Below are positions 1 through 10,203 of a stretch of DNA of 56,976 bases, piece after piece. The notes beneath the pieces are model-generated. The model had not been told where the DNA came from and did no database searches. It worked only from the letters and a program-made list of their open reading frames with translations. The position numbers and the translations under genes were made by a program. The stretch comes from Candidatus Staskawiczbacteria bacterium RIFOXYB1_FULL_38_37. Lineage in GTDB: Bacteria; Patescibacteriota; Minisyncoccia; Minisyncoccales; Staskawiczbacteraceae. Location: the NCBI GenBank assembly GCA_001822075.1, contig MHPK01000006.1, positions 1-56,976 on the forward strand, written 5' to 3'. Every line of letters begins with the position of its first letter. Within the stretch, counting starts at the first letter, position 1.

Positions 1-123
1 AAATCAATATTTAAATTATTACAATAACGAAAGGCTGCATCTCGGAATTAATTTTAAAACACCCGTCGAGTGCGTCCAAGCTATTGGTTAGAAAGCGCAC
101 CTAGCGGCGGGGAAAAAACTCAA

Positions 124-148
124 AAGCCCCCGCCGAAGGCGGGGGCTT
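124..148 (-). terminator. GC-rich hairpin (CCCGCC-gaa-GGCGGG family), probable intrinsic terminator
   Basis: aagcccccgcc-gaa-ggcgggggctt perfect stem, followed by a U-run on the minus strand, just downstream of the 175..549 stop. Confidence 0.7.
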
Positions 149-174
149 CAATCGCTCAAACAGGTCTGAGCGAT

Positions 175-549
175 TCATTTTTTTTGGCGGGTTTGTTCGG
201 CTTGGCGGACCTGTTTTTCGTCCATGCCGAAGTGATGGGCTATTTCGTGCCAAACCGTATCTTTGACAGCCCTTTTAATGTCTTCTGGATTTGAAAAAAC
301 TTGTTCCATTGGATTTTTAAATATAGTTATTTTGTCGGGCAAAACCTGACCGTACGATTCCCTTTTTGTTTGAGGCACGCCCTCATATAAACCAAAAAGA
401 AATCCGCCTTTCATGCGCAGTTTTTCTATTTGATAAAGCGAAGGGTCGTCTTCAATAACAATTTCCACATTTTTTAATTTTTGCAGAAATCTTTCGTCAA
501 TTGCATCGATCCCCTGTTTTACTAATTGCTCAAATTCTTCGTGGTTCAT
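175..549 (-). CDS. Zincin-like metallopeptidase family protein (Zincin_1)
   Basis: LFGLYEGVP, PDKITIF and HEIAHHFG zincin motifs. Confidence 0.85.
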   Translation of the reverse strand: MNHEEFEQLVKQGIDAIDERFLQKLKNVEIVIEDDPSLYQIEKLRMKGGFLFGLYEGVPQTKRESYGQVLPDKITIFKNPMEQVFSNPEDIKRAVKDTVWHEIAHHFGMDEKQVRQAEQTRQKK

Positions 550-617
550 AGCGCGATGCTAATATACTAATACTATACGTAAAAAGACGTTTTTTCAACG
601 TCTTTTTGTTTCAATTT

Positions 618-3600
618 TTAAATATTTTCTGTTTTTCTAATTTGCGAAATTCTTTGGATGAGCTCTTTTTCTGCTCTGTAAACCCTTCTTCTCTTTTTGC
701 TGTTATCAACCCATTTTTCAACTCCCAAAAACATTCCAGACCTCAACATCATAATTCCCGCTAAAGCTGCCAGCAATGGCAAAAAGAATGAATCCAACCA
801 AATGTTATTAGTCAAACCAGTGGAAATTGAGCTGGCTCCATATACAGCTGTTCTTGTTACAATTACAGACGCACTATTTGTTGGGTTATAACCTGAATTT
901 GAGCTTGTAGCAGAAACACTATTGGTTAAGGTTGTGGTTCCGTAAGAAAAATTCTGAGATGAAGCAACCTGTGTTTGGTAAGTAATTGTTATTGTCTGGC
1001 CTGAAGGAATTGTGCCCAAATTTATTCCAGAAGTGATGTCTCCTGAATATGAGTTCGGGTTGTAGCTATAGTTGTAATTGGAAGCTCCTGACACAACAAG
1101 CTGGTCTTTGTAAATAAGGTTGTTTGCCAGATAATCTCTTACCACAACATTTTGCGCATCCTGATTTCCGGTTGCTTGTATTGTGACCAAAAACATTAAA
1201 GTATCAGATGGATTTGCATAAATTGTATTTGAAAATCCTGAGCCTCCAGATGTCAAATTTCTGCCGGTCTTTGTGATTGTGAGCAAATTCCCTGCAGGTC
1301 CCCCTGTGTAAAAGGTCATATCCTGGCCATAAACTATTTGGCCGTCGTTAGACTGGGCAACAGCTCTAAAGTGGTATGTGGTATTGTTGTTTAAGTTAGC
1401 AATATTTTGGCTGAAAGTGCCAGAAGAATTTTTTAGATTATGTGTTGTTTCGTTTCCATAGCTGGTGCTTGTTCCCCACTGAAACCAAACATAAACATTG
1501 TTGTAGCTATTGTAGCTGTCGTATCCATACACATAACCGTTTAAAGTAGCTTGGTTGTTGTATACATTTGTTGCAGAATTTGTCTGCACACTTACATTAT
1601 TTTGCTGGTTAATATTTACAGAGCAAGATGCGCTGTCGGTTTGGGAACCTGAAGTAACATTAACTGTGGCTGTCTGGTTTCCTGATCCTGAAAAAGAATT
1701 TGTGCAAGTTTGCGAGCTTCCGCTGCAGGCTCCAGACCATGAGTATGTATAGTTTCCTGTGCCCCCTGTGGTTGAAGATATAAAGCTGACGGACTGGTTT
1801 GAGTTAGCCGGGTTTGGAGAGGCATAGCAAGAAACATTTAAATCGTTTTGAGTTGTACAGCTTCCGTTATTACATGTCTGGTTGCCAGAGCAAGTAGTTT
1901 TTAACTGAGATGAAGAAGAATCAGAACAATATGAATTGACAGCTCCCGGATTATGGCAGGTATATGTTCTGTAATTTTGGTATACATTGTTTGACTGGCA
2001 GAACGGGTCTCCAATATATCCGTTGCTTCCGCAGTCAGAGTTTGTGTCGCAGGCAATGCTTTGAGTTGCGCAACTGCCGTTAGAACATGTCTGGCTAGCT
2101 GTGCAGTCTGTAATCAACTGGTCGTTTGTTGAACTTGAACAGCTTGCCGAAGCTGTTCCCGGATTGTTGCAGATATATGTTCTGTATGTTTTGTAAACAT
2201 CTCCTGATTTGCAAAAAGCATCTCCAATATATCCGTTGCTTCCGCAGTCAGAGTTTGTGTCGCAGGCAATGCTTACATTGTGGCACTGGCCGCTGCTGCA
2301 TGTTTGGTTGGCTGTGCAGTCTGTAATCAACTGGTCGTTTGTTGAACTTGAACAGCTTGCTGAAGCTGTGCCGGGGTTGTTGCAGGTGTATGACTTATAA
2401 ATTTGATAAACATCTCCAAATTTACAATAAGGAGATCCAAAATATCCATTAGTTCCGCAGTCTGAGTTGGCGCTGCAAACAATATTGATATTATGACAAT
2501 TGCCGTTAGAACATGTCTGGTTGGCTGTGCAGGTATTTTTTAATTGAGCCTGTGTGGAATTAGTACAGCTTGCGTTGGCTGTGCCGGGATTTAAGCAAGT
2601 GTATGTTTTGTAGTTTTGGTATACATTTCCTAACTGGCAAAATGGGTTGCCTGTAAATCCGTTGGTTCCGCAGTCAGAATTTTGGTTGCAGGCAATAACA
2701 ATGTTGTGGCAGGCGCCAGAAGAACATGTTTGGTTGCCCGAGCAAGTTTGCGTTAACTGAGAAAGGCTTGAGTTAGAACAATAACTCTGGGTTGTGCCAG
2801 GATTATTGCAGGTATGGGTAATATAATTTTTATAAACAGAATTGCCCTGGCAGAAAGGAGAGCCAATGTATCCGTTTGCCCCGCATTCGGAGTTATTATT
2901 GCAGGCAATGCTTTGAGTTGTGCAGCTGCCGTTTGTGCAAGTCTGGTTTGGAGAACATGTTTTAACTAACTGAGGAGTATAAGAGCCTGAGCAATAGCTT
3001 TGGTTAGTGCCCGGATTGTTACAGGAATATGTAATAAAATTTTTATAAACAGAGTTTCCCTGGCAAAAAGCGTTTCCTGTAAGGCCATTCGTTCCGCAAT
3101 CAGAATTTGACCCGCAAGCAATATTTAAACTTACACAGCTTCCATTATTACAGGTTTGGTTTGTTCCGCATGCTTTAGTTAACTGCGCTGTTGTGGAATT
3201 TGAACAAAAACTTTCGGCAGTTCCGGGTTTGTTGCACGCATAAGTTGTAAAATTTCTGAAAACATTTCCGTCCTGGCAGAAAGCGTTTCCCGTAAACCCG
3301 TTGGTTCCGCAGTTTGCGTCAGTATTGCAAGCAACAGTAATTGTTGCGCAATCACCATCTGAGCAAGTTTGATTTTGAGAACAGGTCTGTTGCAATTTTG
3401 GAAGACTTGAGTCGGAACAATAGCTCTGGCTGGTTCCGGGTTTGTTGCATTTGTGAGTGATATAGTTTTTGTAAACTGAATTGCCCTGGCAGAAAGCGTC
3501 GCCAACGTATCCGTTGGTTCCGCAGTCGGAATTTTTGCTGCATGTAATGTGTATGTTTTCACATATTCCGTTATTGCAAGTCTGGTTTGCGCCGCAAGAA

Positions 3601-4787
3601 TGCTGCAACTGAGGCACAATATTGCTGGTACAGCTTGAGTTTACGGTTCCTGGATTAAAACAGGTATAAATTTTGTAATTTTTGTAAACGGAATTATCGT
3701 TAGTATTGCAAAATGGTTCTCCGGTGTATCCGTTTGTTCCGCAATCTGTATTAGAACTGCAGGCGATGTTAACGCACTGGCCGTTTTGGCAAGTTTTTCC
3801 GAAAGCGCAGGTTGCATAATATTTTTCAGTTGTTTTATTACTGCAATATGCATTAGCTGTGCCTGGGTTGTTGCAGGTGTAGGTTTTATAGTTTTTGTAA
3901 ACATAGTTGCCCTGGCAAACGGAACCTCCTGTCCATCCATCTGTTCCGCAGTCAGAATTTTGGTTGCAGGCAATGTTTATATTTTGACAGTTGCCGTTAG
4001 AGCAAGTTTGGTTTTGAGAGCAGGTTTGTTGCAACTGAGCTTGTGTTGAGTTAAAACAACTGGCCGAGGCTGTGCCGGGATTTAAGCAAGTATATGTTTT
4101 ATAGTTTTTGTAAACTGAATTGCCTTGGCAGAACGGGTCGCCAACATATCCATTGGCGCCGCAGTCTGAATTGGTGTTACAGGCAATGTTTACGCACTGG
4201 CCGTCAGAACATGTTTTACTCTCACCACATTGCTGGTATATATCTTCTTTCTCATTGCAAGAATTATACCAGTAAACAGAATTTCCTTCGCACTTTTTGT
4301 ATGCGTGAGACGTACAAGCAGGCTGGGCCGTAACAGTAAAAACAATATCGTTGTAGTCGTGGTCTCCGCCATGGCCCAAATCCTCAAAACTTACTCTCCA
4401 TTGATTCTGGCCTATGTTTGAAATAATAGCATGCACTGTGTTGTCGCTGTTTCTTGAAGCAGGCCCCGTATACCATGTGCGCCCGACTCCGCTTACTATA
4501 TAAAAAATAAGCTCTGTGTTCTTTTGGAACTGGCCTAAGGTAAATTGGGTTCCATACTGAGTAGTCTCGCCGTATCCTAACAAACGTTGCTGGGGGCTGC
4601 TTAACCCAAACGCATCGTTAAAATCTGCCGACGAAGACTCAAATTGAACTGTCACGTTGCTGTTTTGTGAAAGTATAATTGTGCCCCCATCTTCAGCTAT
4701 TACGAGACTTGGATTTAATAATAACGCAAGCAAAACTAACGTTGAAAGCGATGTGCCTGCGATTGTTAATTTGAGTGCTTTTTTCAT
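618..4787 (-). CDS. Large Cys-rich repeat surface protein (signal peptide, DUF4114-like N-domain, 11 x ~71-aa repeats, PKD/Fn3/DUF11-like domains, C-terminal anchor)
   Basis: FEDLxxGGDxDYND motif; C-x-xNSDCG repeats; C-terminal ISTG, hydrophobic helix and basic tail. Confidence 0.8.
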   Translation of the reverse strand: MKKALKLTIAGTSLSTLVLLALLLNPSLVIAEDGGTIILSQNSNVTVQFESSSADFNDAFGLSSPQQRLLGYGETTQYGTQFTLGQFQKNTELIFYIVSGVGRTWYTGPASRNSDNTVHAIISNIGQNQWRVSFEDLGHGGDHDYNDIVFTVTAQPACTSHAYKKCEGNSVYWYNSCNEKEDIYQQCGESKTCSDGQCVNIACNTNSDCGANGYVGDPFCQGNSVYKNYKTYTCLNPGTASASCFNSTQAQLQQTCSQNQTCSNGNCQNINIACNQNSDCGTDGWTGGSVCQGNYVYKNYKTYTCNNPGTANAYCSNKTTEKYYATCAFGKTCQNGQCVNIACSSNTDCGTNGYTGEPFCNTNDNSVYKNYKIYTCFNPGTVNSSCTSNIVPQLQHSCGANQTCNNGICENIHITCSKNSDCGTNGYVGDAFCQGNSVYKNYITHKCNKPGTSQSYCSDSSLPKLQQTCSQNQTCSDGDCATITVACNTDANCGTNGFTGNAFCQDGNVFRNFTTYACNKPGTAESFCSNSTTAQLTKACGTNQTCNNGSCVSLNIACGSNSDCGTNGLTGNAFCQGNSVYKNFITYSCNNPGTNQSYCSGSYTPQLVKTCSPNQTCTNGSCTTQSIACNNNSECGANGYIGSPFCQGNSVYKNYITHTCNNPGTTQSYCSNSSLSQLTQTCSGNQTCSSGACHNIVIACNQNSDCGTNGFTGNPFCQLGNVYQNYKTYTCLNPGTANASCTNSTQAQLKNTCTANQTCSNGNCHNINIVCSANSDCGTNGYFGSPYCKFGDVYQIYKSYTCNNPGTASASCSSSTNDQLITDCTANQTCSSGQCHNVSIACDTNSDCGSNGYIGDAFCKSGDVYKTYRTYICNNPGTASASCSSSTNDQLITDCTASQTCSNGSCATQSIACDTNSDCGSNGYIGDPFCQSNNVYQNYRTYTCHNPGAVNSYCSDSSSSQLKTTCSGNQTCNNGSCTTQNDLNVSCYASPNPANSNQSVSFISSTTGGTGNYTYSWSGACSGSSQTCTNSFSGSGNQTATVNVTSGSQTDSASCSVNINQQNNVSVQTNSATNVYNNQATLNGYVYGYDSYNSYNNVYVWFQWGTSTSYGNETTHNLKNSSGTFSQNIANLNNNTTYHFRAVAQSNDGQIVYGQDMTFYTGGPAGNLLTITKTGRNLTSGGSGFSNTIYANPSDTLMFLVTIQATGNQDAQNVVVRDYLANNLIYKDQLVVSGASNYNYSYNPNSYSGDITSGINLGTIPSGQTITITYQTQVASSQNFSYGTTTLTNSVSATSSNSGYNPTNSASVIVTRTAVYGASSISTGLTNNIWLDSFFLPLLAALAGIMMLRSGMFLGVEKWVDNSKKRRRVYRAEKELIQRISQIRKTENI
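1850..4190 (-). repeat. Intragenic tandem repeat, ~213-bp unit, 11 copies, 8 Cys per unit
   Basis: ccgcagtcagag recurs at 2029 and 2242 (213 bp apart); protein repeats counted directly. Confidence 0.9.
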
Positions 4788-4864
4788 AATAGTAAAATTT
4801 ATTTTAATGGCCTATGCTATCATAGGCATATTGTTTTGTCAAATTTTTTTCTAGGTTTCTTTTT

Positions 4865-5542
4865 TTAGGTTTCCAACTCAGCCCGAACCACAATTCTTTG
4901 ATAGTCTTTGCCCGGAGGCCAGCAACTTATCAAGCTTAATGTGTTGCTGTTTGAATTTGCTGCGCCAGATGAAACATTTTCCCCCCTTGCAATGATAGTT
5001 TTTTGTTTCACCGCGTAAGTATATTGCTTATTGTTTAAGCTAATTAAAACTTTGTCTCCATGATTCAAGTCGCCCAAGTCGCTAAAAACCCAGTCATGCT
5101 TTATTTTGGGCCAGCCTTCGGGAGCCGAGTGCCCAAGAATTACCATTTGGCCTATTTGCCCCGGATATACAGAGCCGGGATAAAAAACAACTCCGCCGTC
5201 TAAATCTTGCATTATAATTTTGGTGTCTGAGCTTTGAGAAAAAATTATGGGAACTGAAATTCCAAGCTTTGGGATTTCCAGTGTGTTTTGTTTTTCAGTG
5301 TATGTTGTTTTAACTTGTTCAACTGCTTGCCCGGCATTCTGGCTGTGATTGGGATAAAAATAAATATCATTAATTGATGATGCGTCTATTGTGGGATATG
5401 GATTAAAAAAATCGCTCACTAAGCCAGAAACTGCTCTGTAATTAAAAATCCATGAAACATCATTCCAGTTTATAACAAAAAAGCTTGCAAGATATATAAA
5501 AGCTATAATCTTTGCTGTTTTAATAAGCTGTTTTTTGTTCAT
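4865..5542 (-). CDS. Sortase family protein
   Basis: LEIPKLG, ILGHS, TLSLISCWP and C-terminal R (H/C/R triad); N-terminal TM. Confidence 0.85.
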   Translation of the reverse strand: MNKKQLIKTAKIIAFIYLASFFVINWNDVSWIFNYRAVSGLVSDFFNPYPTIDASSINDIYFYPNHSQNAGQAVEQVKTTYTEKQNTLEIPKLGISVPIIFSQSSDTKIIMQDLDGGVVFYPGSVYPGQIGQMVILGHSAPEGWPKIKHDWVFSDLGDLNHGDKVLISLNNKQYTYAVKQKTIIARGENVSSGAANSNSNTLSLISCWPPGKDYQRIVVRAELET

Positions 5543-5560
5543 GTTTATAGAAACGGAATC

Positions 5561-6529
5561 TTAAATTATTATTTGATGCGAGACAGCAAGAATTAACAAG
5601 TTTTTGTTTAAAAACGCGGCAAAAGCTAATAGAATTAACATGATAAGCGACCGAAAAGCAATTTTTTTATCTAAAACCGAAACATTAAATAAAAGAATAA
5701 AGAGTAAAATTCCTGTTATAATTAATAGGCTTCCATAAATAACTTGCTGCACGAGCACATTATAACTATAAAAAATAAAATTTAAAATCCTTGAACGCAA
5801 ATCGTTGTTGCCTGAGTTATTTAAGGGCGCTAAATAATTAAAAATTGTAGATTCTGGTAAAACTATTTTATCATACATCGGAGATTTGTCTAATGAGAGC
5901 TGTTCGTTCTCTATAATTTCTGGCGGTAAAGCTTGCTCAGTTTTCTGTTCTATATTGCTGTATTTTTGAACTGGAATTTGTTCTAGAAGTTCTGAGCCAA
6001 AAAGCTGGACAACTACAATAGCATTATTGGTACCGAATCCCGTCAAAACAGCTGTTCCTACCTCTTTATAATTTTTGTTTAGCATATTTTCCCTGTGCGA
6101 GGGCGAATTAAGCCAGGCGTTAAAAGCTTCACCTGAGTCATAAAACCCAATAGCTAAATTTTCACCTGCATATTTATATTTATATCCTGACTGCAAAAAC
6201 CAATACCATGGCGTCAAGCCGCGGGGGCTGGTATGCGAAAAATACTGTTTTTGAACCATGTCTTCAGCTTTCATTTCAGCTGCCTGGTCCAATCTCCAGT
6301 TTTCTGACAAAGGCTGTAAGCCATATGAGCTTCTAGTTTGGTTAAGTATGGCAACAAGGTCTGTTTTTGTTATGTCGGCGATAAATAAATTACTGGGAAA
6401 ATTAATAAAAACCAAAGACGATAATATCTTAAAAGCTAACAAGCAAATAACAAAATAAAGCAATGCCTTGCTTTGTAAAATAGTAACAAAAACAGCAGTA
6501 AGATTATCCTTTTTAAGAAAATAGTTCAT
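5561..6529 (-). CDS. CAP/SCP domain membrane protein
   Basis: KAEDM..YFSH, AGENLA, WLNSPSHRENML motifs. Confidence 0.9.
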   Translation of the reverse strand: MNYFLKKDNLTAVFVTILQSKALLYFVICLLAFKILSSLVFINFPSNLFIADITKTDLVAILNQTRSSYGLQPLSENWRLDQAAEMKAEDMVQKQYFSHTSPRGLTPWYWFLQSGYKYKYAGENLAIGFYDSGEAFNAWLNSPSHRENMLNKNYKEVGTAVLTGFGTNNAIVVVQLFGSELLEQIPVQKYSNIEQKTEQALPPEIIENEQLSLDKSPMYDKIVLPESTIFNYLAPLNNSGNNDLRSRILNFIFYSYNVLVQQVIYGSLLIITGILLFILLFNVSVLDKKIAFRSLIMLILLAFAAFLNKNLLILAVSHQIII

Positions 6530-6618
6530 AAGTATCTTTAGTTGTGATTATATAATATATATAATTTTTTGTCAAAAAAAATGGCCTTTTGAGGCCATGG
6601 TTTTAAACTTTTTAAAAA

Positions 6619-7437
6619 TTATTTATAATATGCCCTTTCAAATCTTAAATCTATGTATTGTAAATTTTTTCGCTCGTCTAAATTAATTTTACCTGCAAGC
6701 AACAAATTTAATTTTGTAATTTGCAAATCAACATCAGAATTTTCGCTTAAATTCAAAAAAATCTGCCAGCTTTCTCCAGTTTTTATATCCAGCCTTTCAG
6801 AACTTGAAATAACAGCTTCATTTACATCTACTTGAAACTTGTCTGCAAGGTTTTTTTTAACCTTTAAAACGGCCCCCATGATGTTTTTTCCAACAGCTTC
6901 TTGACCCTCATAATTTTGAGCGCTGCTTGTCAACTGGGTTATGAATGTCATATTGCTTGGTAAGTCCTGCAATCTTTCAAAAATTATGCCTGATTCGTCG
7001 ATATAAAAACAACCTTCGTTGTTCTGGCTGCAATATACAGCAACAGGCTGCCTTTCTTTTATTTCAACAGCTATAGAGTCTGGAAAGTTTTTCTTTATTT
7101 TAAGGCTTTCAGCTTCCGGAAAATCTTCTAAAACCTGCTTTTGAATATTTTTTAAGCTGGCTAAAAAAATGCTTTCAGAAGTTACGTTAAAATTTAAAAA
7201 CTTAATAAGCTTTTTGTTTGTTTCCTTCAAAACTATATTTTTAATATCATTGGTTTCTATTTTTTGGGTTCCTGAAATAATTATGTTCTTTATTTGGAAT
7301 TTATCAAAAAATAACAAAAAGTAAAGAACAGCTGCAATCAAAACCAAAAGCAAAATAGAATACCAAAAAACAGGCGCCTTCAGCAATGACTTTTTCGGCT
7401 TTATTTTTCTTTTAATATGCCCCTTTCTGTAAGACAT
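6619..7437 (-). CDS. FtsQ/DivIB-like cell division protein (POTRA domain)
   Basis: Basic N-terminus, TM, KKNFPDSIAVEIKER and YIDLRF. Confidence 0.7.
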   Translation of the reverse strand: MSYRKGHIKRKIKPKKSLLKAPVFWYSILLLVLIAAVLYFLLFFDKFQIKNIIISGTQKIETNDIKNIVLKETNKKLIKFLNFNVTSESIFLASLKNIQKQVLEDFPEAESLKIKKNFPDSIAVEIKERQPVAVYCSQNNEGCFYIDESGIIFERLQDLPSNMTFITQLTSSAQNYEGQEAVGKNIMGAVLKVKKNLADKFQVDVNEAVISSSERLDIKTGESWQIFLNLSENSDVDLQITKLNLLLAGKINLDERKNLQYIDLRFERAYYK

Positions 7438-7440
7438 GGT

Positions 7441-8478
7441 TCACAGCTTCCTTTTAAATTTACGTATTTTTTCTATTATATAATTTATCCAGTATTTATT
7501 AGAAATTATAAAATCCTGAGTTTTTGCATATTCTTTTTTGTATCCGCCAAAGCCCATCTTAAAAAGCGTGGGGCCTGCCCATGGATGTTTTGGAAATTTT
7601 TCAGGGTCGGTAAATCCCCAAAAATCATAAATTTTACACCCTCTTTTTTTTGCTTCTTTTATCGCCTCCCATTGGATAAGATAAGGTATTGACAATTTTG
7701 AAAATTTGCCCAAAGAAGCTGCCTGATGGTAAAAAGCGATTTCAGACCAAAAGATAATCATAGCTCCCGCCACAGTTTCCCCGTTATGCTTTCCGAACAA
7801 AAGCAAAACCTGGCCGTCTCTTAAAAAAATTTCAAATTCTTTTTCGATAAGCTCTTCTGAAAAAGGAACGAACCCTTGCCTTCTTGAAACCTCTTTATTG
7901 AGTTTTTGGTAAATATCAATGTCTTTTAGGTCGGCGCTTTTTACAATTTTAACATCTTCATTTTCTGCAACCTTTTTTATTAGATAGCGCGTTGTTTTTC
8001 TCATGTTTTTTAAAAGCTCATCTTCTGGAAGAAACAAATCTAATTTCCAGGTTGCCTCATAAGAGCTGGCGGGCATTGGAGACTCTCTAAATTTTAAGTC
8101 TTCAAAAATAGTTTGATTTTCCTTATTTAATTCAAAAAGCGAAGATATTCTTATAAAACTGGCTTTTTCCTGATTTGCAACATTATTTAAGTGCAATAAA
8201 ATAAGTTCTAAAATTTCTTTTTTATCTTTATAGCTCAGTCCGTTTAAAATCACGGGGCCATGGGGAATAAACAAAAAGGCGCCTCTTTTAGCTAAAATTT
8301 TAAGCGCTAAAACAACGCCAATAATTTTTTCATTGTTGTAAATTCCCATCCGCCAAATTTTATTTTTCATTGCCAAATTAAATTCGCCCCAGTTCCATGA
8401 CTGTAAAAAAGTTTTTTCTGCGCAGTTATGCAAAAACTCTTCCCATTCTTCTTTGTTATTAATTTCTTTAATTTGCAT
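7441..8478 (-). CDS. FemABX-family peptidoglycan peptidyltransferase
   Basis: FLQSWNWG, PHGP, QWEAIKEAKKRGC-YDFWG, FKMGFGG. Confidence 0.85.
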   Translation of the reverse strand: MQIKEINNKEEWEEFLHNCAEKTFLQSWNWGEFNLAMKNKIWRMGIYNNEKIIGVVLALKILAKRGAFLFIPHGPVILNGLSYKDKKEILELILLHLNNVANQEKASFIRISSLFELNKENQTIFEDLKFRESPMPASSYEATWKLDLFLPEDELLKNMRKTTRYLIKKVAENEDVKIVKSADLKDIDIYQKLNKEVSRRQGFVPFSEELIEKEFEIFLRDGQVLLLFGKHNGETVAGAMIIFWSEIAFYHQAASLGKFSKLSIPYLIQWEAIKEAKKRGCKIYDFWGFTDPEKFPKHPWAGPTLFKMGFGGYKKEYAKTQDFIISNKYWINYIIEKIRKFKRKL

Positions 8479-8489
8479 TTTTATCTAAA

Positions 8490-8933
8490 TTAATTCCCTA
8501 TAATTTGCATTTGGATTTTTCTGTTTCTCGGGCTGTCCAGTTCAACCAAAAAAACTCTTTGCCATTGGCCAAGCTGGAGTTCTCCTGAAATTATATTTAA
8601 AGTAACGTTAACCAGCAAATGAATTGCCTTGCAGTGGGAATGGCCGTTTATACATTCATTATCGCATAAGTTTACATTTCTCTCAGATAAATTATCGTGT
8701 TTGTAACTTTCAGACCTGGCAGCTGTTTTTTCAATATTTTTTTTGAAATCTTCAATAAGCAAAGGTTCGTTTTCATTAACAATCAAAGCGGCTGAAGTGT
8801 GCAAAATCTGCACATTTACAAGCCCGTCTTTTATCTTGTTTTCTTTTATAAACTTCTCAATAAATTCTGTTATATCAACAAAATCAAGAGTTTCTTTTGT
8901 TTTAACATCAATTGTTTTATTTTTAATTTTCAT
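8490..8933 (-). CDS. YjbQ/UPF0047 family protein
   Basis: HTSAAL..NENE, NGHSH, LGQWQ..F..ELD. Confidence 0.9.
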   Translation of the reverse strand: MKIKNKTIDVKTKETLDFVDITEFIEKFIKENKIKDGLVNVQILHTSAALIVNENEPLLIEDFKKNIEKTAARSESYKHDNLSERNVNLCDNECINGHSHCKAIHLLVNVTLNIISGELQLGQWQRVFLVELDSPRNRKIQMQIIGN

Positions 8934-10203
8934 TTTTTTTCAGAAATTTAATAATCCTTTCTGCGTCTTTTTGCGAAATATTTATATGAGTCGGCAGGTT
9001 CAATGTCATTTTTGCCAGTTTCTCGGCATTCGGGCACACGCCTATTTTATAATGCATTTGCTCTAATTTTGTATCAAAAGGAGCTATGGGCGTTGTATAC
9101 CAGTCCCCCAATAAAATATTTTGCTTGTGCCAGGCTTTATAAATTATTTCGTGGGCTTTTTGATGCTTTATTGTAAAGCGCAAAAATACGCTTGATAACT
9201 TGGGAGGCAAAATAAATTCTGTGTCTTTTAAATTTTCATAGTAATAATCGGTAATTTTACGCCTGTGATTATTAAAATTACCCAATTTTTCAAACTGGTT
9301 AATAGCCATTACAGCTAAAGCATTCGGTAGGGCTTTTGGAAAATAATCCGGCCTTTGTCCCCTTTTTTCTTTCCAGTGCACTGCTTTTGACAAAATATGG
9401 AGCCATTGGGACAAAATTAAAAATATCTTTCCCAAATCCAAAAAATTATAAACCGGCAAAATAATATAATAAAGTAAAATTGGATGCAAAAGCTGCTGAA
9501 GGACCCACAGCGAATTTGGCATGCCAAATTCGTCCTGAGCTTGCCGCAATTTATCGGCAAGCGAAGGGTCGTTTGTTACAGCCATTCCGCCATAAACAGA
9601 CGAAATAATTTTATCGCGCGAAAAGCTGAAAAATGCAACTTTGCTGTGCGAGCCTACTTTTACTCCATTGTATTCAGCTCCCAAAGAATGAGCGCAGTCT
9701 TCTATCAAAATTAAATTATTTTCAGCGCAAATCGCCCTTATATTATCCATATCAGCTGGCAGTCCAAAAGTGTGCTGAACAATAACCGCCCTTGTTTTTA
9801 CGTTAATTTTTTTCTTTAAATCCTCTGCGCTAATATTAAAATCATTCTCGTTGCAATCTATATACAAGGGTTTCAAACCCGCCCACAAAACAGGGTTTAT
9901 TGATGCGTTGCAAGTAAAAGCTTGTAGCGCCACGTTATCTCCATTTTTTAACCCATCAACCTCCTTTAAGGCTTTTAGAATTGCATAAAATGCGCTTCTC
10001 CCAGAATTAAAAGAAACCGCGTATTTTACCCCAAGATATTTTTTAAATTTATCTTCTAAATTATTTATTGCTTTACCGCGCTTCCAAAGCCACGGCCGTA
10101 TAATTAAATTCAGGGCGAGTTTTACATCGTCTTTTTCAACATTGGGGCTTAACGAAATTGATATTGGCCCGCCACGGCGGGTAAACTTAAAATATTTGCT
10201 CAT
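8923..10203 (-). CDS. DegT/DnrJ/EryC1/StrS PLP-dependent aminotransferase (start re-called at MSKYFK)
   Basis: FNSGRSA, HTFG, IEDCAH, FSFSRDK, NLPTH. Confidence 0.85.
   Translation of the reverse strand: MSKYFKFTRRGGPISISLSPNVEKDDVKLALNLIIRPWLWKRGKAINNLEDKFKKYLGVKYAVSFNSGRSAFYAILKALKEVDGLKNGDNVALQAFTCNASINPVLWAGLKPLYIDCNENDFNISAEDLKKKINVKTRAVIVQHTFGLPADMDNIRAICAENNLILIEDCAHSLGAEYNGVKVGSHSKVAFFSFSRDKIISSVYGGMAVTNDPSLADKLRQAQDEFGMPNSLWVLQQLLHPILLYYIILPVYNFLDLGKIFLILSQWLHILSKAVHWKEKRGQRPDYFPKALPNALAVMAINQFEKLGNFNNHRRKITDYYYENLKDTEFILPPKLSSVFLRFTIKHQKAHEIIYKAWHKQNILLGDWYTTPIAPFDTKLEQMHYKIGVCPNAEKLAKMTLNLPTHINISQKDAERIIKFLKKNEN

Noticed and set aside
30-115. GC-richer stretch with gtgcg...cgcac pairing, possible ncRNA
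   Set aside because: Cannot be assigned to tmRNA, RNase P, SRP or 6S from the visible part; it lies at the window edge
1850-4190. Regular repeats as a possible CRISPR array or DGR template/variable repeat pair
   Set aside because: In-frame 213-bp coding repeats without unique spacers; no cas or RT genes in the window
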